Both the position numbers and the translations under genes were made by a program. Under the pieces are notes generated by a model. That model saw only the letters and a list, made by a program, of their open reading frames with translations, did no database searches and was not told the DNA's origin. A stretch of DNA of 63,517 bases, counting the filler, from Octopus bimaculoides (taxonomy: Eukaryota), in assembly GCF_001194135.2 (NCBI RefSeq). It is 5 parts of 5 records of this genome, joined end to end, with 100 filler letters (N's around TTAATTAATTAA, not from the genome) between each part and the next. Parts side by side here need not be neighbours in the genome. Positions count along the whole stretch, not along the records: positions 16,535 to 29,103 come from NC_069000.1; positions 29,204 to 39,989 come from NC_068981.1; 3 more parts are not named here. One strand, given 5' to 3'. Numbering within the stretch: the first letter of the stretch is position 1; each line of letters begins with the position of its first letter. This document shows, one piece after another, positions 27,562 to 37,727 of this stretch.

Positions 27562-27681
27562 GTTTACAGCCATATCAAGCTCAATGCACTGGTTTTCATA
27601 CAATCACCATAGTTAAGCAACATCAAGCCAAGTTAGTACATAGATGGGTGACCAATTTGGAAACCTAGGTGCTGTAAGCAT
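27562..27681 (+). pseudogene. 5S rRNA pseudogene (full-length, CpG-decayed)
   Basis: 120 bp colinear with animal 5S: gtttacagccata..agttaagcaa..gttagtacatagatgggtgacc..ggaaacctaggtgctgtaagcat, including the box A, IE and box C region. Most mismatches are CpG transitions. Short T-run nearby downstream. Confidence 0.8.
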
Positions 27682-27690
27682 CTCACTTTT

Positions 27691-28080
27691 ATAGGTGCAG
27701 GCATAGCTGTGTTGTTTGAAGCTTGCTTCCCAGCCACGTGATTCCAGAATCAGTCTCACTGTGTGACATCTTGGGCAAGTGTCTTCTACTATAGCCTTGG
27801 CTTGACCAAAGCTCCATGAGTAGATTTGGTAAATGGAAACTAAAAGATGCTCACCGTATGTGTGTGTGTCATTGTGTCTGTGTTTGTTCACCACCACTAC
27901 TTCACAACTGGTGTTGGTATGTTTACATCCCCATAACTTAGCGGCTCAGGAAAAAAGGTTGATAGAATAAGTACCAGGCTTAAATAAAAGTACAATTCAT
28001 TCAACTAAAAATTCTTCAAGGTGGTGCCACAACATGGCCACAGTCTAATAACTGAAACAAGTGAAAGATCAAAGATAAAA
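27691..28080 (+). mobile_element. SINE family A, full length, old and CpG-depleted
   Basis: Colinear with 31618-32040, with CG replaced by TG/CA. Confidence 0.85.
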
Positions 28081-28257
28081 TGTCCAGAGCCGCATCTTAT
28101 GAGTAAGAAAATACTAGAGTGTAATGTAAGAGTGAAGGTTTCCAGTTGGCAGAACTGGTTCTGAAGAAACAATATTGATTGTTATTCTTATGTGGCTACC
28201 CTCTCAACTCTAATTGAGCAGGTTTGTTGGATATAAAAATGTCCTTTGGTATTTGTT

Positions 28258-28400
28258 CTGGATTCAAATTCTGCCAAGGTTAACTTTGCCTTTTATCCTT
28301 TCAGCGTCAATAAAGTACCAGTCAAGTACTGAGGTCAAAGTAATCAACTTCCCCCTCCCCTCAAAAACTGCTGGCTCTGTGCCAAAATTTGAAACCATTA
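28258..28400 (+). mobile_element. SINE family B fragment, CpG-depleted
   Basis: ttcaaattctgccaaggttaactttgcc versus ttcaaattccgccgaggtcgacttt at 36738-36762. Confidence 0.75.
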
Positions 28401-28481
28401 TCATCAGCAGTAGCTGGTTGCTTTTCATGCTAATTTGTTTAAGTTGAATTAGTTCTTAGTTATTAATTTAATACTGCCTAT

Positions 28482-28740
28482 AGACCCAGGAAGACCTGAG
28501 ATGAGGTGGTGAAGCACAACCTTCGAAAATTAGGCCTTACTGAGACAATGACTAGTGACCAAGACCTTTGGAAATATGCTGTGCTTGAGAAGACCCAGCA
28601 AGCCAAGTGAGACCATAACCTGTGGCCTATGCCAGGGGTGTAACCAGCCCACTTATGTGTACCTTTCCTTCATTGGACACTAAACTCTGCTTGTGAAGAC
28701 CTGTTCAGGCAAGTGAAATCGAAATCGAAATCAAATTTGA
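28482..28740 (+). mobile_element. RTE-like LINE 3' end (ORF C-terminus and 3'UTR)
   Basis: RPRKT*DEVVKHNLRKLGLTETMTSDQDLWKYAVLEKTQQAK* (stop 28608-28610), then a UTR ending in GAAATC repeats. Confidence 0.75.
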
Positions 28741-28844
28741 TGACAGCACCACACAACTAGCATAGGTCACTTTTTGACAGGACAAAGAAAACCTGTTTTC
28801 ACGCCTGTTGATTGTGGTGGTTTGGATGACTGAGAATTCTTAGG

Positions 28845-29103
28845 GCAAAGTTTAGAGAGCTCTTACCTCTGCTGGCGACAAAGGGACTCTCACTCAGAGT
28901 AAAAGGCAGACTGTATGACGCATGTGTACGAACAGCCATGCTACATGGCAGTGAAACATGGGCTGTAACTGCTGAGGACATGCGTAAGCTTGCAAGGAAT
29001 GAAGCCAGTATGCTCCGTTGGATGTGTAATGTCAGTGTGCATACCCGTCAGAGTCTAAGTATCTTGAGAGAAAAGCTGAACATAAGAAGCATCAGTTGTG
29101 GTG
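28845..29103 (+). mobile_element. RTE-like LINE post-RT ORF fragment
   Basis: Open frame AKFRELLPLL..VKGRLYDACVRTAMLHGSETWA..EASMLRWMCNV..LREKL, cut by the scaffold join. Confidence 0.9.
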
Positions 29104-29203
29104 NNNNNNNNNNNNNNNNNNNNNNNNNNNNNNNNNNNNNNNNNNNNTTAATTAATTAANNNNNNNNNNNNNNNNNNNNNNNNNNNNNNNNNNNNNNNNN
29201 NNN
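29104..29203. other. Artificial scaffold-join spacer
   Basis: 44N-TTAATTAATTAA-44N. Confidence 0.95.
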
Positions 29204-30308
29204 GTATTGTCACTGTGGCTAGCATGATAATTATAGAGGAAGTTAGTAGATGGGCAGACAACAAGGTGAATTAGATGGGTTAAGGAGATAAACAGATTAA
29301 ACAATTTGGATAAATGATATCTTCAAAGATATGCAGACAAGGAGACAAGCGTATTCTCGTAAGATGCAGACAGGGAGGTAAGAGGAAGGTAGGAAGATTA
29401 ATAGGTAAACAGTGAAGCTGATTTTCAGGAGTAAGATATGTAACAAATAGGTAGAATGCTAAATGGATAAATAAGTGGAAAGATGTATAAATAAGATAGA
29501 CAGTATGGTAGATAGATAGGTTGGTGTATGCGTAGATCAATAGTTATATAGAAAGATTGGGCAGATACATAAAGGAGGGACATGTGTACGTGTGTGTGTA
29601 TGTATGTATGTATGTATGTATGTATGTATTATATATATACGCACATATGTACATACATACGTACATACAGATACGTGCATGCACACATACAGACGCGAGC
29701 GCGCAGATATATTGTAATGTTGGGATCACCCAAAGTTACAAAGAAGATGTATTTTTTCAGCATAAAATAATAACTGAATGGTCAACTCTCGATAGCATAT
29801 ACGTATGTGTATATAGAGTGAAGAATACTGATGGTGCGGTGGATGTTATTTTGTGATTAACGAAAAGTATTCCACGATACTTATTTGATCCAATGGCTGT
29901 GGGTTTGTACTAATAGACCGTGGTACTTCAATCATCTGAAAGCTTTCGAAGAAGAATTCCTTCGGATGACAACCATTAAATAATAACTCTGTTCTCTGTT
30001 TTGGTGGCATAGCTGCAATATTTTAATGTTGAGAATTTTCGACTAGGGGAAATCCTGCACTTTCGTAGTCTGTTGATATTGGGGTGGATTTATCGAAGAT
30101 GCTTCGTACTATTGAAGGTTGTTTCAGTCCTTGACCCTCGAGTTTTCTAATGAACTATATCAAGAATATAAAATTTTCCTTGTACTTGACCTGAATAAGT
30201 AGTAACTGTTGGTAATAACGGTTTTTGAAAGTGTTCATAGTGAGTCTGGAAAATTTCTTCCGGTATCGCTCTGGGGTGTTATATATGCTCGATATATCAC
30301 TGCATTGT

Positions 30309-30691
30309 GGAAGCGCAATGGCCCAGTGGTTAGGGCAGCGGACTCGTGGTCATAGGATCGCGGTTTCGATTCCCAGACCGGGCGTTGTGAGTGTTTATTG
30401 AGCAAAAACACCTAAAAGCTCCACGAGGCTCCGGCAGGGGATGGTGGCGAACCCTGCTGTACTCTTTCACCACAACTTTCTCTCACTCTTACTTCCAGTT
30501 TCTGTTGTAACTGTAATTTAAAGGGCCAGCCTTGTCACACTGTGTCACGCTGAATATCCCCGAGAACTACGTTAAGGGTACACGTGTCTGCGGAGTGCTC
30601 AGCCACTTGCGCGTTAATTTCACGAGCAGGCTGTTCCGTTGATCGGATCAACTGGAACCCTCGACGTCATAAGCGACGGAGTGCCAACAAC
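30309..30691 (+). mobile_element. Full-length tRNA-derived SINE (family C-related head) with 13-bp TSD
   Basis: A box TGGCCCAGTGG, B box GGTTTCGATTCCC, CAA tail. ATCACTGCATTGT is duplicated at 30296-30308 and 30692-30704. Confidence 0.92.
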
Positions 30692-30777
30692 ATCACTGCA
30701 TTGTATATTGTTCATCTCACTTTTACCTCCGCTGGTGGTAGAGGTCTTTTGTCAAAGTTGTGCTTTCTTGTGGGTAG

Positions 30778-30828
30778 TATATTGAGTGTATATTGAGTGT
30801 ATATTGAGTGTATAATGAGTGTATATTG
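30778..30828 (+). repeat. 11-bp minisatellite (TATATTGAGTG) x ~4.6
   Basis: Direct reading. Confidence 0.9.
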
Positions 30829-31617
30829 AAATTACAATCAGAATTATGGCCGAAAGGAGAAGGGTATTCTGTTTTCAAACAGTTGATTTGAGGATCCCCC
30901 CGTCTATAGACGTGTTTTGGATTTTCTTTGATCAGTGTATGTATGTGGGTTTTTATAATTTCTTAATACAAGTAATTTAACTCTAAAGATATGTCTGTTA
31001 AGGTTATTTATAAATTCCTATACGAATGCTTATGGCAATGTGCTTTTCAGTCTTGTCCTCAAAAGAAAGCTAGCAAAAGGGACACGGAAGATCAAAATGT
31101 TCAATACAAACACTAAAATTAAGAATTTATGAGGCATGCGTCCTCAGCATATTCCTGTATGTTTCTAAGATATTTACTATTTATTCAAGATATGCTAATA
31201 AGCTAAATTCTTTCCATTTTCAAAGTCTACGTAAGATCCTAAATATCCAATGTTGATAAAATCAACAACATTCAAGTTTTGCAGCTAATGTAACTGTTAA
31301 GTTTGGCATCGTGACATAATCTATTACAGACACGAGGTTTATTTTGAATTAAGTTTGCCGTATATCTTATTGGTATATGATTTCAGAATTCACAGTTCTA
31401 TGCAGCAAATACTGAACATCGATCACTGGGATAGCGGGTTCAAACCCAGTAGTATGCAGTTTCTCTGGTGTGAAAATCAGGATGTAGTACAACATATTAA
31501 GTTTTGTTGAAACGTTACCAACGTAGTCGTAGTGTAGCAGAGTATCATAAAATTGATTGCCTTTGGTCTTGTTCCATAGTTGATTGCTTAAATTGTTTAC
31601 TACGTTTATATGTAGCT

Positions 31618-31789
31618 ATAGGCGCAGGAGTGGCTGTGTGGTAAGTAGTTTGCTTATCAACCACATGGTTCCGGGTTCATTCTCACTGCGTGGCACCTTG
31701 GGCAAGTGTCTTCTACTATAGCCTCGGGTCGACCAAAGCCTTATGAGTGGATTTGGTAGACGGAAACTGAAAGAAGCCCGTCGTATATT

Positions 31790-31820
<31 letters not shown>

Positions 31821-32040
31821 ATATGTTTGTGTGTCTGTTTGTCCCCCCACCATCGCTTGACAACCGATGCTGGTGTGTTTACGTCCCCGTAACTTAGCGG
31901 TTCAGCAAAAGAGACCGATAGAAGAAGTACTAGGCTTCCAAAGAATAAGTCCTGGGGTCGATTTGCTCGACTAAAGGCGGTGCTCCAGCATGGCCGCAGT
32001 CAAATGACTGAAACAAGTAAAAGAGTAAAGAGTAAAAGAG
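31618..32040 (+). mobile_element. SINE family A, full length, young
   Basis: tRNA-like head (ggcgcaggagTGGCTGTGTGGtaag..GGGTTCAttctc), internal TA/TG microsatellite, (AAAAGAGT)n tail. Confidence 0.95.
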
Positions 32041-32667
32041 AGCTGTTTTGAGAGTGAAGACAAAAAGCAACAATTAGAAAGAGTTAACAAATGTATAATA
32101 AAGAATATAATTTTCAAACTGATCTTTCGTAAGACCGCCCCTTGAATATTACATATATGGATTTTATACCATCTCAGGAATCAAATGCTTCAGAAAATAT
32201 AGTTTCCAAAAAAATTATGCAGTTCATGGTTTTCTATAAACTATCAGCAATCTTCTGATTATCAAAATAACCGTGGAATTTCCTCGACAACGGCTAGTAT
32301 ATACGAATAGTAAAATACATCTAAGAAAATTAAACACAAATATAGGCGCCTCACAGACAAACTGAGTCCAATAAAAGAGTCTTTATGCGGAGGCTTGATT
32401 GCTAGAAACAACAAACAAATCTAAAATGAAAGCTGCACTAGATAATATAATTTGAGGGAAACACAGTGTCCTTGATACTAAACGAAAATTAAGTATATTC
32501 GATAGTTCTTCTACATGATCGCTAGACGGGCTACATAAATATTTCTTAATCGATTTAAAAATGGAAGGAACACAGATTTTAGTTCTTTTTAATCCTCTCA
32601 GACCTATGCCTCTGTACCTAACTGTACCCTTCACCTGAGCTCCCGAGTAAAAAAAAAATGAATAGTC

Positions 32668-33096
32668 ATAGGCGTCGGAGTGGCTGTGTGGTAAGTAGCT
32701 TGCTTACCAACCACATGGTTCCGGGTTCCGTCTCACTGCGTGGCACCTTGGGCAAGTGTCTTCTACTATAGCCTCGGGCCGACCAAAGCCTTGTGAGTGG
32801 ATTTGGTAAACGGAAACTGAAAGAAGCCTGCCGTATATATGTATATATATATATATATATATGTGTATGTGTGTGTGTATATGTTTGTGTGTCTCTGTTT
32901 GTCCCCTCAACATCGCTTGACAACCGATGCTGGTGTGTTTACGTCCCCGTAACTTAGCGGTCCGGCAAAAAGAGACCGATAGAATAAGTACTAGGCTTCC
33001 AAAGAATAAGTCCTGGGGTCGATTAGCTCGACTAAAAGGCGGTGCTCCAGCATGGCCACAGTCAAATGACTGAAACAAGTAAAAGAGTAAAAGAGT
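32668..33096 (+). mobile_element. SINE family A, full length, young
   Basis: About 95% identical to 31618-32040. Confidence 0.95.
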
Positions 33097-33776
33097 CGCG
33101 TATACAGCTCAAGCGTAACGATTGCAGGCGACCCAATGAACAGAATCGGCTGCATCATCTTTTGCTACGTGTCTTGTTCATTGCAGCTTTATTGGGAACC
33201 CGGCAGAGATAACGTTTAACCTATTCTCGCTGCAGCGAGAGTACGGTGTGATAGGGTTAGAATAGTAGAGCGAGAATTGGAGGGGATTTAGCAGTGCCAT
33301 TTCTAACCGATCTCATGACAACGTAGAGGCTCAGATGTTGGTTTATCATTGGCTCCTTGTTGGTAGTAAATGTGTGTACGACTGGAATTACTTATTACTA
33401 CTGTTATTCTTGTTATGGCAGTTGTTATTGTTGTCGTTGATAGTGTTGCTGTTTATATTTTGTTGATGTTGTTGTTACTGGTATTGATAACGGAAGAACT
33501 TCGGTTTAGAGTTGGGTTGTGAAACGAATGAGATTAGTTAAGTGTTATAAAAATGAAGGAGAAACTATATTTCGAGAAAAAAAGCAATGTAATAGGTTTT
33601 TGTACCGAAATATATTTGCGTTCGTTGAGGAAAAATAGAAAAGACGAATAACTAGATCCGGAAAGGTCCGGTTATTGGAAATCAATAACGAGGTCACGTG
33701 ATTCTCAGAGCCAATTGCAACTACTTTTCATAAAGAGTGAAACTAGTTTCTTTCATTGTAACTGTAGAATATCCTG

Positions 33777-33822
33777 TGTATGTATGCATGTATGTATGTA
33801 TGTATGTATGTATGTATGTATG

Positions 33823-33853
<31 letters not shown>

Positions 33854-33997
33854 GATATATACATACAAGAATACACCTATATATATATATATTCGTGCGT
33901 GCACGTCTGTCAAGTATGGCAAGTATGTGTAGAATTGTGTGAACGTGTGTATAACTATATTTTACTGTCATTTCTAAATGTCTATATAGCTGTCTAT

Positions 33998-34080
<83 letters not shown>
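33777..34080. repeat. (TATG)n at 33777-33850 and (AT)40 at 34001-34080
   Basis: Direct reading. Confidence 0.95.
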
Positions 34081-34087
<7 letters not shown>

Positions 34088-35012
34088 TACAAGTGTGTGT
34101 GTGTGTGTGAGTGCATGCGTGCTCGGATATAGACATAGAAACACGTGCATAGGTATATTTGTATATTTGCATATATAAATAATATACAAACACCCGTACA
34201 TAATTGAATGTACTTACGTATGCCCTGATATATACATGCATGTCTAAGTATATGTCTCTACAGAAATTTAATTATATGCGATTGTGTGCATACATATGTG
34301 AACATTAGTTGATGAGTGTTCGTAAATATAAGATACGTGTATATCATCAGCACATTCAATTATTAGTTTCCGAAGAAAAGTACGCAGCACACCATAAGAT
34401 CCAGTGAATTAATTAATTCCGTATAAGAAATTAACTTTAGCTTTGCTCCTAAACAATTACTCTAGATATTGACAGATATATAAACACTTTGACTACTAAC
34501 CGAAACGAAGATGATGAAACTCAAGTAGTTTTAAATCTTAGTTCAGGCTCATTATGAGAGTAACACTATGTTGTTAGCCTTCGTTTTCTCATTAGTGGAT
34601 ATAATTTTCCAAATTGTTTTAGAACTAGGTTTCAGATTCCTTCTTATGTAGAATTTATTGTTAATTCCCTTACTGTAAGGTCGTAGGTCTTAATCAAATT
34701 ACGAGTGCCTCCTAGGCGCTTTGCGAGCTCACAAGGGTTAACAACTCTCAAGGGAGCGCTGTTCATTTAGATGGAGTCATGATCTTTCTTAGCGATAAAA
34801 TATTAAAGTTATGTACAGTTTCATGCAATTTAGACATATTTTCAATCAAATGTTTTATCAATATTAAGATACAAATAAGACAGTGTGTTCACTGAGCAGA
34901 AACGTAAATGTTGATGCAACAAGTTCCAAAATAATTTCCTTATATATATTCTTTCTTTAATAATTTTCATAAAAAGTTAACATAAGGTGCAGTACTCTAC
35001 GCAAATATCGAT

Positions 35013-35186
35013 TCAAATTTTGGAACAAGGCTGGCAATTTCGGGGTTTGGATAAATCGATTAGATCGACCCCCAATGTTCAACCAGTACTCATTTTATCG
35101 AAAGGATGACAGGCAAAGTCAACCTCGGCGGAATTTGAACTCAGAACGTGAAGACAGTGTGCTAACGATTCCGCTAGCTCGCCGCC
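35013..35186 (-). mobile_element. SINE family B
   Basis: Reverse complement of 36563-36871 (ggcggcgagctagcggaatcgttagc..gagttcaaattccgccgagg). Confidence 0.8.
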
Positions 35187-36034
35187 CTAGTCCACGCAAA
35201 TTTTGAAAGATGAGCATATGATGTGCAATATAAATAAAAGAATGGATAATGATCCACTGTGCAAGATTATCTGTTTGATTAAAATAATCTACCTTGTTTT
35301 GTCAAATTTGTTGATGGGCATTTGTAAAGTACTGTTCGGGAAAAGGAGGCGTCGAGCTATGGAAGGCTGCGAAACATTGCTCTGTGGTATATTACAAAAT
35401 GTTTTTGGAAATAATGATAAGCAAATCTATACTAGCAAATGATTTCTGTTGGATATCGATATACAAATACTTTGATTGAGAGAAAATATGTGGTTATATC
35501 TGTATCGAAGCAGATAAGATTCAACCAGTTAAAATTTTAAGTCATTGCTTATTACAAGTCATATATTTGTTCGAATGGGTTTATTATCAACAGTTGTTTT
35601 AGAACAAGGTTAGAAATATCTCATTTTTATCGCTTAGTCAAGGATGACACTTTTATGGGCTTCCGAGACTGATCAGAAGGAAGAAGTTATTTGCAAGCTG
35701 CAAAAGCAAGCAAAACCGAGAGAGCGGCATTTGGGACAAACTCCCAGCCTGAACAAAATAAAAAATAAAACGTTCTCCTTACCTCTTATCAATCTCAAAT
35801 CGCTTCAGAAGAGTGGGTGTTGTCTTTCCCCATCTGATTAAGCGATAAAAAAGGAAATATTTCTAATCTTGCCGTAAATCAACTTTTGACTCCACAAAGG
35901 GCATATAACAACCAGAGAGTAGCGTTAAACTACTCTTTATATAGAATTTTTCCTGGTACGACAAAATACCACTAAGCATGTCACCCGGCGTGTTAACGAT
36001 TCTGCCAGCTCGCCCCCTTTAAACATTAATAATC

Positions 36035-36246
36035 TTTTCTACTATAAACAAGAGATCTGTAATTATGGGGGTTCGGGGGATAGTCGATTATCTCGACTCC
36101 AGTGCACAACTGGTACCTATTTCATCGAATCTCAAAGATGAAATGCAAAGTGGACCTTGGAAAAATTTGAACTCGGAACGTTAGAGCGGAAGAAATACGG
36201 CTAAGCGTTTTGTCCTGTGTGCTAACAATTCTGTCAGCTCGACACC
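36035..36246 (-). mobile_element. SINE family B, older copy
   Basis: Degenerate reverse complement of 36331-36550. Confidence 0.75.
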
Positions 36247-36330
36247 TTTACACACTAATAATCAATAAACATCAAACATTAATAATAACAAAGTTACTAA
36301 AACATTACTGTAGCAATAACCAGTCCTATT

Positions 36331-36550
36331 AGGGTGGCGAGCTGGCATAATCGTTAGCACACCGGGCGAAATGCTTAGCAGTATTTCGTCCGTCTTTACA
36401 TTCTGAGTTTAAATTCCACCGAGGTCGACTTTGTCTTTTATCCTTTTGGATTCGATAAATTAAGTATCAGTTGCGTACTGGAGTCGATCTAATCGACTGG
36501 CCCCACCTCCCTCAAAATTTCGGGCCTTGTGCCTAGAGTAGAAAAGGATG
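36331..36550 (+). mobile_element. SINE family B, full length (first of tandem pair)
   Basis: ggcgagcTGGCATAATCGttagc head, gaGTTTAAATtcc B-box-like motif, ends gtagaaaagga. Confidence 0.9.
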
Positions 36551-36562
36551 ATTAGTCCTATT

Positions 36563-36871
36563 AGGCGGCGAGCTGGCAGAAACGTTAGCACTGGGGGTCG
36601 ATATAATCGACTTAATCCGTTGTCTGTCCTTGTTCGTCCCCTCTGTGTGTAGCCCCTTGTGGGCAGTAAAGAAATAAGAAACGTTAGCACGCCGGACAAA
36701 ATGCTTAGCGGTATTTCGTCTGGCTTTACGTTCTGAATTCAAATTCCGCCGAGGTCGACTTTACCTTTCATCCTTTCGGAGTCGATAAATTAAGTACCAG
36801 TTGCGTACTTGGGTCGATCTAATCGATTGGCCCCCAAATTTCGGGCCTTGTTCCTAGGGTAGAAAAGAATA
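36563..36871 (+). mobile_element. SINE family B, full length (second of pair), carrying an 85-bp insertion
   Basis: Colinear with 36331-36550 once 36592-36690 is removed. Confidence 0.9.
36592..36676 (+). mobile_element. 5'-truncated retroposon tail inserted in the SINE, 14-bp TSD
   Basis: AGAAACGTTAGCAC at 36578-36591 and 36677-36690. The insert starts ggggtcgatataatcgac, like the family B 3' domain. Confidence 0.8.
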
Positions 36872-37670
36872 ATTAGTCCTATTTTGGGTAAAATATCTCT
36901 TTAGAAAGGTGTCAAGACAGTGGTTCTCANNNNNNNNNNNNNNNNNNNNNNNNNNNNNNNNNNNNNNNNNNNNNNNNNNNNNNNNNNNNNNNNNNNNNNN
37001 NNNNNNNNNNNNNNNNNNNNNNNNNNNNNNNNNNNNNNNNNNNNNNNNNNNNNNNNNNNNNNNNNNNNNNNNNNNNNNNNNNNNNNNNNNNNNNNNNNNN
37101 NNNNNNNNNNNNNNNNNNNNNNNNNNNNNNNNNNNNNNNNNNNNNNNNNNNNNNNNNNNNNNNNNNNNNNNNNNNNNNNNNNNNNNNNNNNNNNNNNNNN
37201 NNNNNNNNNNNNNNNNNNNNNNNNNNNNNNNNNNNNNNNNNNNNNNNNNNNNNNNNNNNNNNNNNNNNNNNNNNNNNNNNNNNNNNNNNNNNNNNNNNNN
37301 NNNNNNNNNNNNNNNNNNNNNNNNNNNNNNNNNNNNNNNNNNNNNNNNNNNNNNNNNNNNNNNNNNNNNNNNNNNNNNNNNNNNNNNNNNNNNNNNNNNN
37401 NNNNNNNNNNNNNNNNNNNNNNNNNNNNNNNNNNNNNNNNNNNNNNNNNNNNNNNNNNNNNNNNNNNNNNNNNNNNNNNNNNNNNNNNNNNNNNNNNNNN
37501 NNNNNNNNNNNNNNNNNNNNNNNNNNNNNNNNNNNNNNNNNNNNNNNNNNNNNNNNNNNNNNNNNNNNNNNNNNNNNNNNNNNNNNNNNNNNNNNNNNNN
37601 NNNNNNNNNNNNNNNNNNNNNNNNNNNNNNNNNNNNNNNNNNNNNNNNNNNNNNNNNNNNNNNNNNNNNN

Positions 37671-37727
<57 letters not shown>

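Larger units (their letters stand above)
29800..31560 (-). mobile_element. Degenerate Penelope-like element remnant (interrupted by a SINE)
   Basis: Minus strand at 30160-30190 reads QVQGKFYILD, later PLVENS. Homologous by eye to 600-800. Boundaries uncertain. Confidence 0.4.

Noticed and set aside
30309-30385. Functional tRNA gene
   Set aside because: The A and B boxes belong to a TSD-flanked SINE head. There is no complete cloverleaf or terminator.
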